From contig NC_043015.1 in assembly GCF_006345805.1 (NCBI RefSeq), forward strand, positions 7,316,001 to 7,380,000: 64,000 nt of DNA, in the 5' to 3' direction. Positions 51,103 to 64,000 of the stretch are shown in pieces (position 1 is the first letter of the stretch; each line of letters begins with the position of its first letter). The notes beneath the pieces are model-generated. The model was given only the letters and a program-made list of their open reading frames with translations. It was not told where the DNA came from and searched no databases. The stretch comes from Octopus sinensis. Lineage: Eukaryota. A program made the position numbers and the translations under genes.

Positions 51103-51345
51103 TGTGTATGTGTGTGTTTGCGAGTCTGCGTGTGTGTGTGTGTTAATCCGTTAATCCCTACACATTTTTTCTTTCACCGTTTTTGTGTTCTTTCTCGGTT
51201 TCTCTTTTCCTTTAATCCTTTCTGTCAAAGAGCGTAGGCATAAATCGTCAAAGACATTTCCATTCTTCCCGAGCATAAAACTAATAAACCTGCTCTTGTT
51301 TTTCCCTCTTCTATCGTCGTTTTTCGTTTTCTATAAATTAGAACA

Positions 51346-51435
<90 letters not shown>

Positions 51436-52497
51436 TGGTTTCTGTACGATTTTCGTTCGTCTGCCAAATTCATTCACAAGTCTTTGGTCGGCCGGGGCCT
51501 TTAGTAGAAGACAAGTACCAAATTTGACCCAGTGTCACTGGACACGGTACAGGAAAATATGCGTTATCTATACTGGAATACTTTGTCCAGTACTTAATGT
51601 GTCCTTCCATCTTAAAGTGGGTTGAGTGTGATGAATATTGGTTGATATCTGGAGCATACTGAATGACTAGTGACCAACTAAAAACTAGTGTGTTGTAGAT
51701 GAGATTGTTTGTTTTCTATAGCGACATTGATTGAATGCATTCATATCGACTCCGTTCGGTTTCTATTTTGTATACATTCTGTACCCTGGATAACACATAG
51801 TATGCCATCACTTTGACGTTTAGTTAATCATACAAACTACATATTTTTATACTTTTTTCTGAAATTTTCCTTCTTTATATGTATAATTTATTACCTTAAA
51901 AATCTTATAATTTACATTTAAATGTGAATATTTTGAGTATTTCTATGTTTTTGGTGACTAAATCATACAGTTAATTATTAACCGTTTCTTTACGATGTCA
52001 GAAAATATCTCGTTTCTGTCCCTATGTTTTCTCCTCCTCGTCGACCCTCCGACTCTTTTCATCAATGTACCACTAACTTTAGTTTGAAAAAGATATTTAG
52101 ATAAAAAATTTAAAAAGAAAATCACTACAAAATTATGTCCAACGCACTGTTAAACAATTCAGTCCGTCCAAGTTTAGCTTGTCAAATGCATCAGAACTTA
52201 TCTAAAATTTTTCAGTATACGCCATCAACCACTCACTAAATGAATTTGATTGTATTTGTCCATTGAATCAATTGTTAATAAACAGTACTGAAGAATGGCA
52301 CGCGATTGCAGTGAATTAGTAGAATCGTTAGCGGGGCTGTTACAATTCAAACTAACGAGATTGCTTTTCCCTTTACCCTGATGTCACTCCGGGTACTCTG
52401 TAGTAATTACCAACCAAATAAATAGGTTGATATAATCGACGTCACGCATTCCGAAAATTCTTTATATTTGAGACTCTTTTACTCGTTTCAGTCGTTT

Positions 52498-52642
52498 GTA
52501 GTAAGTAGCTTGCTTATGAACCCCATGGTTCCGTGTTCAGTCCAACTGCGTCGCACCTTGGGCAATTGTCTTCTATTATAGCCTCGGGCAGACCAAAGAC
52601 TTGTGAGTGGATTCGGTAGACGGAAACTGAAAGAAGCTCGTC

Positions 52643-52726
<84 letters not shown>

Positions 52727-52930
52727 TGTGTGTGTGTGTGTGTGTTTGTGTGTCTGTGTTTGACAATCGATGCTGGTGTGTCTACGTTCCCGTAACCTAG
52801 CGGTTCGGCAAAATAAACCGATAGAATACGTACTAGGCTTACAAAGTCCTCGGGCCGATTTGCTGGACTAAAGGCGGTGCTCCAGCATGGCCACAGTCAA
52901 ATGGCTGAAACAAGTAAAAGAGTAAAGAGT
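52498..52930 (+). mobile_element. SINE family B, slightly 5'-truncated
   Basis: From GTAAGTAGCTTGCT to GAAACAAGTAAAAGAGTAAAGAG, with internal (TA)n(TG)n. Confidence 0.9.
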
Positions 52931-54887
52931 AGATCGTTTCCGTTTACAACAATTTATTCGATAATTGCAGTTTGTTGAAGGAGTTCAATGCGTTATTTCT
53001 TATATGCAATTGAGAAATAGAAGGAAAGTTTTGCAATGGAGTCAGAAAAACGAATTTCGTAGACAATGAGTATAGTTAAATCGAGCATAGAAATTTGGAA
53101 GGCATGTAAAACAAAACGAAGAGAAAGAAAGAGAAAAGTCGAAGAGAGTACGAGAAGATATATGTTAATAGAAGTGTTTAATAGAAGTGAAGTCATGCAC
53201 GTTAGCAAGAAATAGCAAGAGATTAAGATGGGAAGAGTTAGAATAACATTAAAAGCTGAACGTAGGAACGTTAGGGATGAGAGTGAAAGATGGGAGCGAG
53301 AGAAATGGAGATGGTGACATTGAAAAAGTAATTAAAATAGTAAGAATAACGTATAGAGAGACAGAAAAGGTTGTATGTAATTCATATACAGAACGATTTG
53401 GGAAGAGGAGAATGTGTTGTGAGTTACTGAGAGAGGGAGTGAGAGGAAGGGAAAAGGAGTGACAGACAGAGACAGGAAGAGACAGATGGAATAATAAACG
53501 AAAGAAAAAGAGAGACAGCGAAGGAAAAAGCTTATGAGAGATATCATGTAGTTTTTTGAAAGTGAGGGAGGAGAAGAAAGATATGGTGGGATAGGGAGAA
53601 AAGGAGGAGAGCGGTAAATTGTGTGTTCGCACGTTTGTATATGTATGAGAGATAAATAGATAGATAGATAGAGAGAAAGAGATAGAGACATAGAATGAAA
53701 GAGAGAAAGAGATAGAGACATAGAATGAATAGAGAGAGAGAGAGAGAATTTCTAGTTTGCCGTGAATCTGCGTGTAACTCGTTCTCTCACTCACACATTC
53801 TTTCCTTATATGTCTGTGCTGAGAGAGAGAGAGGGTAAGAGAGAGAGAGAGAGAGAGTGGACGAGATAGAGGGAAAAGACAGGGTGTGGGGAGAAAGAGA
53901 AGGCGAGCTTGTGTGGATAGGGTGTCAAAACAGGGAAGCGAAATAGACAGAAATAGACGTATTCTACAGTGACAGGGAGAAAGGGAGCCATCGTTAGCCA
54001 TATATACCTTGAGTTTAGGAAGAAAATAACAAAACATATACTATAAGGAAGTGTGTGACGTTATGCGTCTGCAAAAAAAAACAACAAAAAACATCTAGTT
54101 GTATGTCTCGTAACTATATATGTATACTGAGATATATTCATATCCAGATATAGACATGTGCTAAACAACTACAGTCTTCTAGTCTCACGTGGCGTCATAA
54201 AATCGCAGAATAGCTTTAAAATTTCTTGTTATAGTTATATATCTACTTTGTATTGTATTTCATTTGCTTTTTAGAAAATGTTTATGGAAACAATTTATTT
54301 GACAACTATCACAGTAATTGAGAGACATTTTAAATAACATTGTTATTTGCGTAAGTTTTCACAATTTCAATACTATTTTCAAATATAAATCTTATCAGCT
54401 TTAATTATACCATTTACTCTCGTCACTCGAAACTGAATGTTCTTTAGTTCAAGGTAGTCGTTATTTAATGCAAGATTGTAAATTGGCAGAATCTTTAGAG
54501 TGTCGGATAAAATGCATTACTGCATTTGATCCGGATTGATGTGTTGTTAGTTCAAACCGGCTGAAGGTCATCGCTGCTTTTTATACTGCTGAGGTCGATA
54601 AAATTAGTACCACACATGTACTGGGATCTTATGTAACCCTATAAATCGTTGAACTTGTGCCAAAATTATGGTGTAAACTGCTTTCACTTGGCTCATTTCT
54701 GACTATGGCATTTGTCTTCCGTAAGTGCATAATTCTAAAATGTTTGTCTTCAAAGCCCAGATATTTTGTAAAATACCAGGTGTAGAGAGAAGAGAGACGT
54801 GAATTTTAGACTGCCTTCGATTCGCTACTAATAATTTCTTATTACAGTCGTCGCCCTTATAGCACCCGGTATCGGAGCAGAATCTGT

Positions 54888-54960
54888 CAGACGGCAGCCC
54901 CAGGCATTTTGTACCACGCACGGGTCTCATGCAAGACAATTTTTTTCCGCAGACAGGGGA
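54888..54960 (+). mobile_element. hAT-Charlie-like terminal fragment
   Basis: CATTTTGTACCACGCACGGGTCTCATGCAAGACAATTTTTTTCCGCAGACAGGGG resembles the recalled MER1/Charlie 5' end. Confidence 0.5.
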
Positions 54961-54970
54961 CCACATTTTC

Positions 54971-55341
54971 CTTTTGTAACTTGTTTCAGTCATTTGACTG
55001 CGGCCATACTGGAGCACCGCCTTTAGTAGAGCAAATCAACCCCAAGACTTATTCTTTGTAAGCCTAGTACTCATTATATCGGTCTCTTGTGCCGAACCGC
55101 TAAGTTACAGGGACGTAAAGACACCAGCATCGGTTGTCAAGCAATGCTAGGGAAACAAACACACATATACATATATATGACGGGCTTCTTTCAGTTTCCG
55201 TCTACCAAATCCACTCACAAGGCTTTGGTCGGCCCGAGGCTATAGTAGAAGACACTTGCTCAAGGTGTCACGCAGTTGGACTGAACCCAGAACCATGTTG
55301 TTGGTAAGCAGGCTACTTACCACACAGCCGCTGCTGCGCCT
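54971..55341 (-). mobile_element. SINE family B, full length
   Basis: Head-to-tail reverse-complement match. Confidence 0.92.
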
Positions 55342-56751
55342 ATACATAACAGAATTCAATAAAATGCTTAACATGATTTAATTATTAAACACGCAATGCA
55401 AATACAATCATTGCTTTGTATGTTATGTAATTTATATCTACTGTTAATATATTAAAGAATGCGACAGTTAAAAAAATAAGAATAAAAATAACAAGATTTA
55501 TTAGCTTTGTGCTGCCCAATTATCGAAGACATTTGCCGTAAGGCAATCAGTCAAACAATATCAGAAATTCGCCAATCCACATCTTTAGAATGGTAATTCA
55601 TACACGAAATTTGAATAAGTTGACCTCAATAAAATTTGAGCTTGAAGCAGAGAATGATTTTAGAAACAAGCAAAGAATTCTATGCGGCGCTCTAATGATT
55701 TCCCCAGTACATCCTAACGCGCAGTTTTATTATCTGTTAACAATTATCAGTTAGTTCTTCAACAAGATCCATTAGTTTATGGTAATCCCTTATCTAAATT
55801 CGGTTGTGTGCATTCAGCTAACTTCTAATAGTTTCTCTAATTTACACACCTCAGTTTCAGTTACAGCTCTCGAAAAACAGTTCAACTCATTACTTCGAAG
55901 TGCCCTACTCGAAAACAACAGAGCTAAAAGCACTTTATGCAACACATTAGCTATCTGAGAATGTGTATGAGATACTGCTTGCGTAAAAGCAAGGCAAACA
56001 AATAGAGAATCATACGCGAAGATAAAGAGGTAAAAAGATAGAGAGAGTGTTAGAGAAGAAGCAGAGATATTCAGAAGAATACACATGTGATAGTCATCAT
56101 CCCTTGTAGAATAACAGTTTACACTCTCTAATTCCCCCTTTCTTTTGTTCCTGTCTTTCACAATATCCTCCCCATCCCCCTATTACCTCTTCCTTTCTCC
56201 GAGATGTAGATGCGAGAATAGGTTGTGAAAGAAGGAAATATAAGCGATATGAGAAACGTATAGAAAATGAATGAGTAGGATTAAGTGAAATGAAAGCCAA
56301 CAAAATTGAAACAAAGTAATAGAGAAAGGAGGAGAGAGCTAAGTGGAGTACATGAAGATTGTAATATGAAAAATGGAGTGATTCTAAGATATACATACGC
56401 AATGACTGCCGGTATCGGTTTTCGCAGAACTGCAATTTTAATTACGATCCAGAAAGAAGAGCACTTGACTCAGCTGTTAGCTAAGTATTTCAAATAAATT
56501 AAATAACGTGCATATTCACCTTTTTCTAATATATTCAGAGATATAATGTACAAACTAATAACAGTGAAAACAAGAATGCCAGCAGCAACAAACATACATG
56601 TAAAAACATCCACACACACATAGACACAATGAGACATACGTACAAACAGACAGAAGCATTTATGTATAGAAGAACATTGAGGAGTACATAAACCCAAGCA
56701 AGTACTTATTAGTGATACGTAGATATGAGGTTTTTTTTTCATTTAATTTTT

Positions 56752-57152
56752 TATTTGTTTCAGTCATTTGACTGCAGCCATGCTGGAGCACTACCTTTTA
56801 GTCGAGCAAATCGATCCTGGGACTTATTGCTTGTAAGCCTAGTACTTACTCTATCGGGCCTCTTTTTGCCGAACCGCTAAGTTACGGGGACGTAAATACT
56901 CCAGCATCGGTTGTCAAGCGATGGTGGAGGGACATACATAGACACAAACACATACACACACATACACACATACATACATATATATACATATATACGACGG
57001 GATTCCTTCAGTTTCCGTCTACCGAATCCACTCGCAAGGCTTTGGTTGGCCCGGGGGCTATAGTAGAAGACACTTGCCTAAGTTGCCACGCAGTAGAACT
57101 GAATCCGGAACCATGTCGTTGGCAAGCAAGCTACTTACCACACAGTCACTAC
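56752..57152 (-). mobile_element. SINE family B, near full length
   Basis: Head-to-tail reverse-complement match. Confidence 0.9.
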
Positions 57153-57574
57153 TGCAAATATATAGAGTTTATACCTATTTAAATTAATGTCACAGGGAGA
57201 ATACTAGATCTCATTAGTACTTTTAGATTCGCTAGTACTGGTGGTCTGGCATGGTTTGTCCGGTGTTACCCATATCGGACGGGTATGTTTGATTCTTAGT
57301 ACTTTCAAATCCAAATCAGAAGAAATCTCTGAGCTGATGAAGGAAATGTTGGCGTCTAGTCAACTAATCCAGAAACATGCTTGTCCTCGGGTATCTCATA
57401 TGGATGTGATCGTTCGTTGTTTTTTCCTTATACCTATGTGAGTTACTTCTGAGTATGCATTGTCTGGGAGACTTTTCTTACAGCAGAAGAAATAGCCAAA
57501 TATTTGGCTGCTATTTCTAAAAAGCTCGGTGTGTGGTAAAGTAAATTATTTTACTTTACCCTATTTTTATAAAG

Positions 57575-57605
<31 letters not shown>

Positions 57606-57643
57606 AATAATTCTCTAAACGAGATATAGACAGTAACTGCTCC

Positions 57644-57830
57644 ATAACATAAGGGACGTTAGCCATCTGAATGTGGCTAGGGACAGGGCAGGGCGGTGGG
57701 GGTGTTACTGATGCATTTAGCCCCAGGCGATCGGTGACGTTGATGATCGCCTGGGGCTAAATGCATCAGTAACACCCCCACCGCCCTGCCCTGTCCCTAG
57801 CCACATTCAGATGGCTAACGTCCCTTATGT

Positions 57831-57833
<3 letters not shown>
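57644..57833. repeat. Perfect inverted repeat, 89-bp arms, 12-nt spacer
   Basis: 57644-57732 is the exact reverse complement of 57745-57833 (checked base by base). Confidence 0.97.
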
Positions 57834-57887
<54 letters not shown>

Positions 57888-57889
<2 letters not shown>

Positions 57890-58040
57890 CAGCCGAAATG
57901 CGACGATAATCTGGTGCTTACTGAGAATAGAGGGCTTCGAATGACCCGTCCTTTTTTTTATATCGTCTATCTGGATGTTTTGTTGTCTCTTTTTGTATCA
58001 CCTAGCTGTCTGGATGTTTTGCGTTCTTGTCCTATTTTGT
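57888..58040. mobile_element. Interspersed repeat family E fragment
   Basis: Shared with 17841-17975. Confidence 0.7.
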
Positions 58041-58041
58041 A

Positions 58042-58092
<51 letters not shown>

Positions 58093-58149
58093 GACACATG
58101 TCATCATCCCTTGTAGAATAACAGATTACGCTGTCTAAACCCACGTTTC

Positions 58150-58209
<60 letters not shown>

Positions 58210-60107
58210 TATATATACATACATACAAACATACACACACATACGCAGACACATTTTTATCGCTGGTAGATGGTAGCTGCAGTTAGGTAGGATTTAGGTT
58301 CCCAATAAACAACTAAGGTATTAGCGAAAAAAGAAAGATAGAGAGAATATAATACACGACGGTGTAAGGTGCCTTATTACTTGGAATTCACGTTGTACAA
58401 GAAATGTAATCTTTAAGTGCTTCGTGTTTTAAACCTGACAAACGGATACGTGATGTGTGTCTAGCAACGAGTTCATGTATTAGTTTTGTCAGGCTGTATA
58501 GGTACCTCTTGAAATATTTTCCAACTGTATGACTGAATATTTGTTTAACTATTACCTACAGTTTTCAGTTTCAATTTTAACTATGAAAAATTGCTTCTGT
58601 AATCCGGAATTTGACTGAGTTTTGGAGTCTAGCGAGAAGCTCCACCTTAACAAGATTCTCTTAACAAGATTCTGACATTTCAGACACAAGTGATACGTTA
58701 CACTGGAATGCAAAATTTTTTGGTTGTAATTTTTTTTTATTCTGATGAGTATTTATATATCTACTCGTTGTGGATATCCTCACACTGGTAGATAAGTCAT
58801 TTACCATTTGACGTGCCAGAGTTATGGTAACTACATTGACTGAATAACTTTACATTACGTGTGTTACTGTCAGTTGTTTTAAGAATATGGTAAAGCGTTG
58901 CTCAAATTTCACAGGATATTTGCTTATTTCCCCTCCAATGGAAGAAAACTTCGTTATATGCATGTATTATCATTATTATAACCAAGATGCATATATTAAC
59001 CTTATCTTCCATTGAAAGGGATGATAAAGAAATCGCTGAAAATTGCGATCAAAAACGCGTACGAAGAGGCGATAATTTCCAGAGTAAAGAATTCTCCTAA
59101 ATTGATGTATATACATACATACATATATACATACATACATACATATCTATATATATATTTCTATATATTTATATATACTTGCTATACAAGTGTTTCACTA
59201 GTATTAAACCAGAGAAAACTTATTAGTGACTGTCCACTTCTCTCCAAGAAATATACCTGTGTTTTTCTTACTGGCATGTGAGTTTTAGAGTAATTCTTGA
59301 TTGTTGAAGCTACCCCCCACGCTTATGAAACGGAGCTGGTGATAAATACTAGATTGTGATTCATCTTCAAGAGGAGGAAATAATTACACTAAACGAAGAA
59401 TATTTTTTGTATGCTATTTAACATACCGTTATTTGTCAATATAGAGACATATATGTGTGTATATTTGTGCGCATCTATTTGTGCGCATCTATTTGTGCGG
59501 ATAAACAAAATCAAACTAAGAGAAATGACGAAGCCACAGGCCCGAATAAAGAGGAATAATGAAGTATCAAATACTAAGCATTATAATTTATGGATTTATA
59601 GAAATTGTGTTTCTTTCAAAGGAGTGGATAAAGCAATATCCTTTGAAAATTGCGATACATATAAGAAGGGGAGATAATCTCCAGAATCCATTCTTCTTTG
59701 AAGCTGATATGCCATTAATGGAAAGATAGATTAATTCGTATTGATATAAGAAAAACTGTGAAGAAGTGTTTCTGCCTCCATAATGCGTCACCAGTATAAC
59801 AATCGCCTTAACTTGACAATAGTAGATAATATACTTTAGATATATAAAAAATGACCAGTAATTGGAATAACTGGTACAAAAACAACGGAGTGACAACTGT
59901 TATGTATATTGCAGTTACAAACGAATAAAGATTTATCAAATAATATACAAGTTAATTTCTCGAGTATATATGTGAACAATGTTTATATATATATATACAT
60001 ACACACATTTCCTTTCTGTCCTCCAAGTAAGTTTTATATATATATATATATATTAATTGTTCCACCTCCTTGTGTTGTTGTTTTTTTCTGTTTTCTCGTT
60101 TGGATTA

Positions 60108-60146
<39 letters not shown>

Positions 60147-60319
60147 GGGATTGGGCAAATTGATGTAGACACCTCTGAGAAGAAATCAATAAATTTTAAA
60201 ATATCGATTAAGCGTTTCCTTAATTTTTAAAATATACGGAGAAATACCCCATATTAACCCTGTTTCCATATCTACAATATACGTTACATATATTCTTTTT
60301 TTCTCTAGGAACAAGGTCC

Positions 60320-60508
60320 GAAACATTTAGGGAGGAAGCCAGTGGATTAGTTCGACCCCAATGCGCAACTGCTACTTAATTTATCGACCCTTAAAAGATG
60401 AAAGGCAAAGTCGACCTCGGCTGAATTTGGACTCAGAACATGTAGACAGTCGAAATACCCCCAAGTATTTCGTCCGGCGTGCCAACGTTTCTGGCAGCTC
60501 GCCGCCTT
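60320..60508 (-). mobile_element. Older SINE family A-related copy with a variant tail
   Basis: The head and central domain match on the minus strand. Confidence 0.8.
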
Positions 60509-60836
60509 AACAGGCACCTAATATTAAGTAAAGTGTTAACACATGTTTCCAAATTAGTAGCACAAATTTTCTGTAACAACTGTAAATGTTGAGTATATAA
60601 GGATGTTGGTTGCTTGCTTCTGTAGAATTGGCCAAATTGAAGCAGGCGCCCTGACGAAAGTTCAATAATATTCGAGAATCGATTAAGATTGTTGATAATG
60701 TTTTCAATGCACAGATTAATTGCTAAATTAGCTCTGTTTTTACCCCTACTATATACATTACATATAAACACACACAAACACACACATATATATATATATA
60801 TACATATATGAAAGCATATATATATACACACACACA

Positions 60837-60895
<59 letters not shown>

Positions 60896-61364
60896 CACGT
60901 ATGTATGAATATATGTATAGATTCATATGTGTGTGTGCTTGCGTGGTATGTGATTGTATTTCTAAATTTTGTGTTACGCACACCTATAGACAGATATTGA
61001 GTTTATTTTGAAAGCGTATCAAATACAATTTAACGTGTTTGTACCTAATCCCTTTTTAATTGCACAACTTATTTCATATCTCCAACGATCTTCTTAATTC
61101 ATTAGAGATTCTAGCATAGGTATTGTATAAGAATAGATATCTAATAGCGCTGAGACCGTACTAGTGTATTATACAAACATATACAGACAGATGCATTCGT
61201 AAACACATACACTCATATTAGAGAATGACATCACGAAATGTTGGTAGTATTAACGTATTCAATACACACGTTTCTAGAATTTATGTAAGATAAACCTTAT
61301 ACAATATATAACACATTTTTGAGTCAAAGGAATATATGTAGGATTATAAAGGTATCTACACGAG

Positions 61365-61625
61365 GGTGTGTTGTAAGAGGTTTGCTTCTCAACCACATGG
61401 TTCAGTGTTTAGTTCCATTCCGTGGCACCTATATCGAGCGTCTTCTGCTACAGCCGCGGGCCTAGTGAGTAAATTTGGTAGATGGAAACTGAAAGAATCC
61501 ACTTGTGTATGTGTTTGTGTGTATGTGTGTGTGTGTGCGTGTGTGTGTGCGTTCCCCTAAATTAGCTGTTCGGCAGAGGAGATCGATAGAATATGTACCA
61601 GGCCTTTAAAAAATAAGTATGGGGT
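61365..61625 (+). mobile_element. Degenerate SINE family B copy
   Basis: AACCACATGGTTCAGT...GATGGAAACTGAAAGAATCC...GATCGATAGAATA landmarks. Confidence 0.7.
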
Positions 61626-62938
61626 CGATATATTCATGCATACATACATATTCATACACACATAGAATAAATGTATATATATATATATATATATATGTTT
61701 ATGCATGCATACATATTAAAAAATGTATATATGTATGTATAAGTGTGTGTATGCGCACATGTATGTTTGTACGTATTTTTTTCGATGTTTCCTGTCTATG
61801 AATATATAAAAATATACACAAATATATCATATGCGCAGGAAGTTACGATCATATATAAACCGACCAGCATATCACCGTGTGTGGGATAAGTTTCCTTGAA
61901 ACTGGTTCTGGTTTTACACCGCAAACCATGTGTTATTTACATTAATTCGATACAACTTTGGTGTTTTGTGCAATTTAATCTAAGATTAATACTGCTGCAT
62001 ATGTATGTATCTTATACATATTCAAATGTGTTTCTTCCTGTGTTGTATGTTTTTTTTGCTGCCAAATTTCGGAAATGAAATATTATACTGTCTAAATGTT
62101 TCTGAAATATATTCTGCAGAAATTGAAACAATAGATATTGCAGGAGTGGAAAGATATATAGTAATTTTTTTTTTGTTAACAGAGTAACACTAGAACAAAC
62201 TTATGCTGCTGTATAATGCTACCAGTAGTCGTGGATAGTATTTCGTATTTAGGTGACATATGCTACTGTATTTAGAAACAAGTTCGTTGTATTATATTCA
62301 AGTATGTGAAGTAAGACATTAGCCCATTTACTGAATGCTTTCATTCAATAATATATCTAATGTATCTATGAACCAATGGCTACCAGTGGTAAACAGGCGG
62401 AGAGACGGTTATTTAATATTAGTTCTTTTCTGGTAGCCACAATGCTGAATCTGATTTCCTACAAAATTATTTTAAGGAATTACCGTTTACGTACGGTTCA
62501 CAATCATTTGAAGGGTTATGGTAGTATTTTCCAAAGAGGTAGATAGCATACGAGCAGATTACTATTCAGTGTAGTTTCGATTTTCGATAATGTCATTTCG
62601 TTTTAGTATGTACACTTAAATTGGATTATTGGTCATAGAACTACGCCTGAAGAAATAAAGATTGCGCTTCCATAACGCGCTCTTGATACACTTTATTTAG
62701 ATACAGGGTTGAAGGGTGAAGGCCTTACAAGCGTTTCATATATGCAATAAGTTTCCATTTACTTACTAAAGTTCACTGGGATTTTAACTACATAGAATTG
62801 CAAATAATCAATATCACAGTATGTAATTTATTTATTCAACCATGTAGATATAAAAAAAGGTAGTATGTTTAAGAAGTTCCCTTTGCAACTAAGTGATTTC
62901 GAGTTAAGTCACACAGTCGGGAAGTGTCTTCTAATATA

Positions 62939-63166
62939 TATTTCTTTACTACCCACAAGGGGCTAAACACAGAGGGGACAAACAAGGACAGACAAACGGA
63001 TTAAGTCGATTATATCTACCCCAGTGCATAACTGGTACTTAATTTATCGATCCCGAAAGGATTAATGGCAAAGTCGACCTCGGCGGAATTTGAACTCGGA
63101 ATGTAACGGCAGGCGAAATACGGCTACGCATTTCGCCCGGCGTGCTAACGCTTCTGCCAGTTCGCC
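62939..63166 (-). mobile_element. SINE family A nested in a degenerate family B copy
   Basis: Full reverse-complement match; AGTGTCTTCTA flanks both sides. Confidence 0.9.
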
Positions 63167-63955
63167 AGTGTCTTCTACGATGCGTCGTCGGGAAGTGTTT
63201 TCTACTATAAAATCGGGCCAAGCAGTGTTTAGTGAGTGTAGACGGAAACTGTGTGGAGGCTTGTCGTATATATGTAGATTTGTATGAGTGTATTTATGCT
63301 CGCGTGTACCTCGGTGTTGTTTTCGAGTAACACCAAAGCGATTGTAAAGAGGTGAACTGCAGAAATATACAGTTACCAACAGACGCAACCGTTTCAATTT
63401 TCATATATATATGTGTGAGTATGTGTGTGCGTATCATATATATATATTTATATATGTATGTATATGTGTGTGTATGTGTGTGTGTCTGTGTACAGAAACA
63501 AAAGAGGGAGAAAAGAGAGGGAGAGAATTGATGTATAATCATAAAAAACTGTACAGTAATTAAGAGCTACCCGTTTCTACTCGTTTGCATTAAAACCTGA
63601 AACGGTTCTACATTAACATTAATTAACATAATTTATAATACTCCTGTTGATTTGATTTTATTCATATTAGTTTAAATGAATTAATTATGTATTTTAACGT
63701 GATTACAAAATTAATGATTTTATTGTTAATAAAACGGCGCTTGGGCTTGATTAAATTACCAAGTAGTTGTAAAATTTATACTTTCTTGCACATTTGGTGG
63801 CTTCTCACAAATTTGACATGTATATATAAATAAATATGATATATACACATAAGAATTGTAAAATTTTTCTCTACAAAATTGGGTGTTAAATAATTGAGCC
63901 AGTAAAAGATTGGATATGTTTTTATGCCTATTTTCTTTGCGCTGGATTTAATTAT

Positions 63956-64000
<45 letters not shown>

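Noticed and set aside
53249-54037. Longest ORF (262 aa, minus strand)
   Set aside because: Antisense of a GA-rich low-complexity tract; S/L/F-only composition.
59012-59110. KIAIKNAYEEAIISRVKNSPKL, like the CR1/L2 ORF2 segment before the RT
   Set aside because: Under 30 codons with no flanking motifs; possible but unsupported.
60507-60770. About 80 open codons on the minus strand ([18 protein letters not shown]...)
   Set aside because: Two frames are open, it runs from a microsatellite into a SINE, and there is no donor or recognisable domain.
22251-63397. Recurring peptides such as FRLPLRSEFKFRRGRLCLSSFRG and NPERNGRRNT in many ORFs
   Set aside because: These are frames through SINE family A, not a protein family.
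469-63967. Most ORFs in the six-frame track (YI, CV, HT, LS, poly-N/D/I runs)
   Set aside because: They are translations of (TA)n, (TG)n, (CA)n, (GA)n and trinucleotide repeats, which lack stops in some frames.

Overview
Very AT-rich eukaryotic DNA saturated with simple repeats ((TA)n, (CA)n, (GA)n, (AAT)n, (GAT)n) and tRNA-derived SINEs. This repeat landscape points to a coleoid cephalopod, most likely Octopus (inference, not a database result). No complete protein-coding gene, rRNA, true tRNA or CRISPR array can be supported, and almost all ORFs in the supplied track are microsatellite or SINE read-throughs. What is supportable: two abundant SINE families (about 10 copies each, both strands) plus two single-copy SINE types with clean target-site duplications; a TIR-to-TIR Tc1/mariner fossil with a SINE and a piggyBac-type MITE nested inside; a Penelope-like (PLE) reverse-transcriptase fossil; several fold-back/MITE palindromes, one with perfect 89-bp arms; and a few weakly supported orphan exons. 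The most interesting signals are three minimal hammerhead-ribozyme skeletons in three different repeats, one joined to a tRNA-type Pol III head (a Schistosoma Sm-alpha-like architecture), and a roughly 1.7 kb decayed minus-strand reading frame of unrecognised origin.
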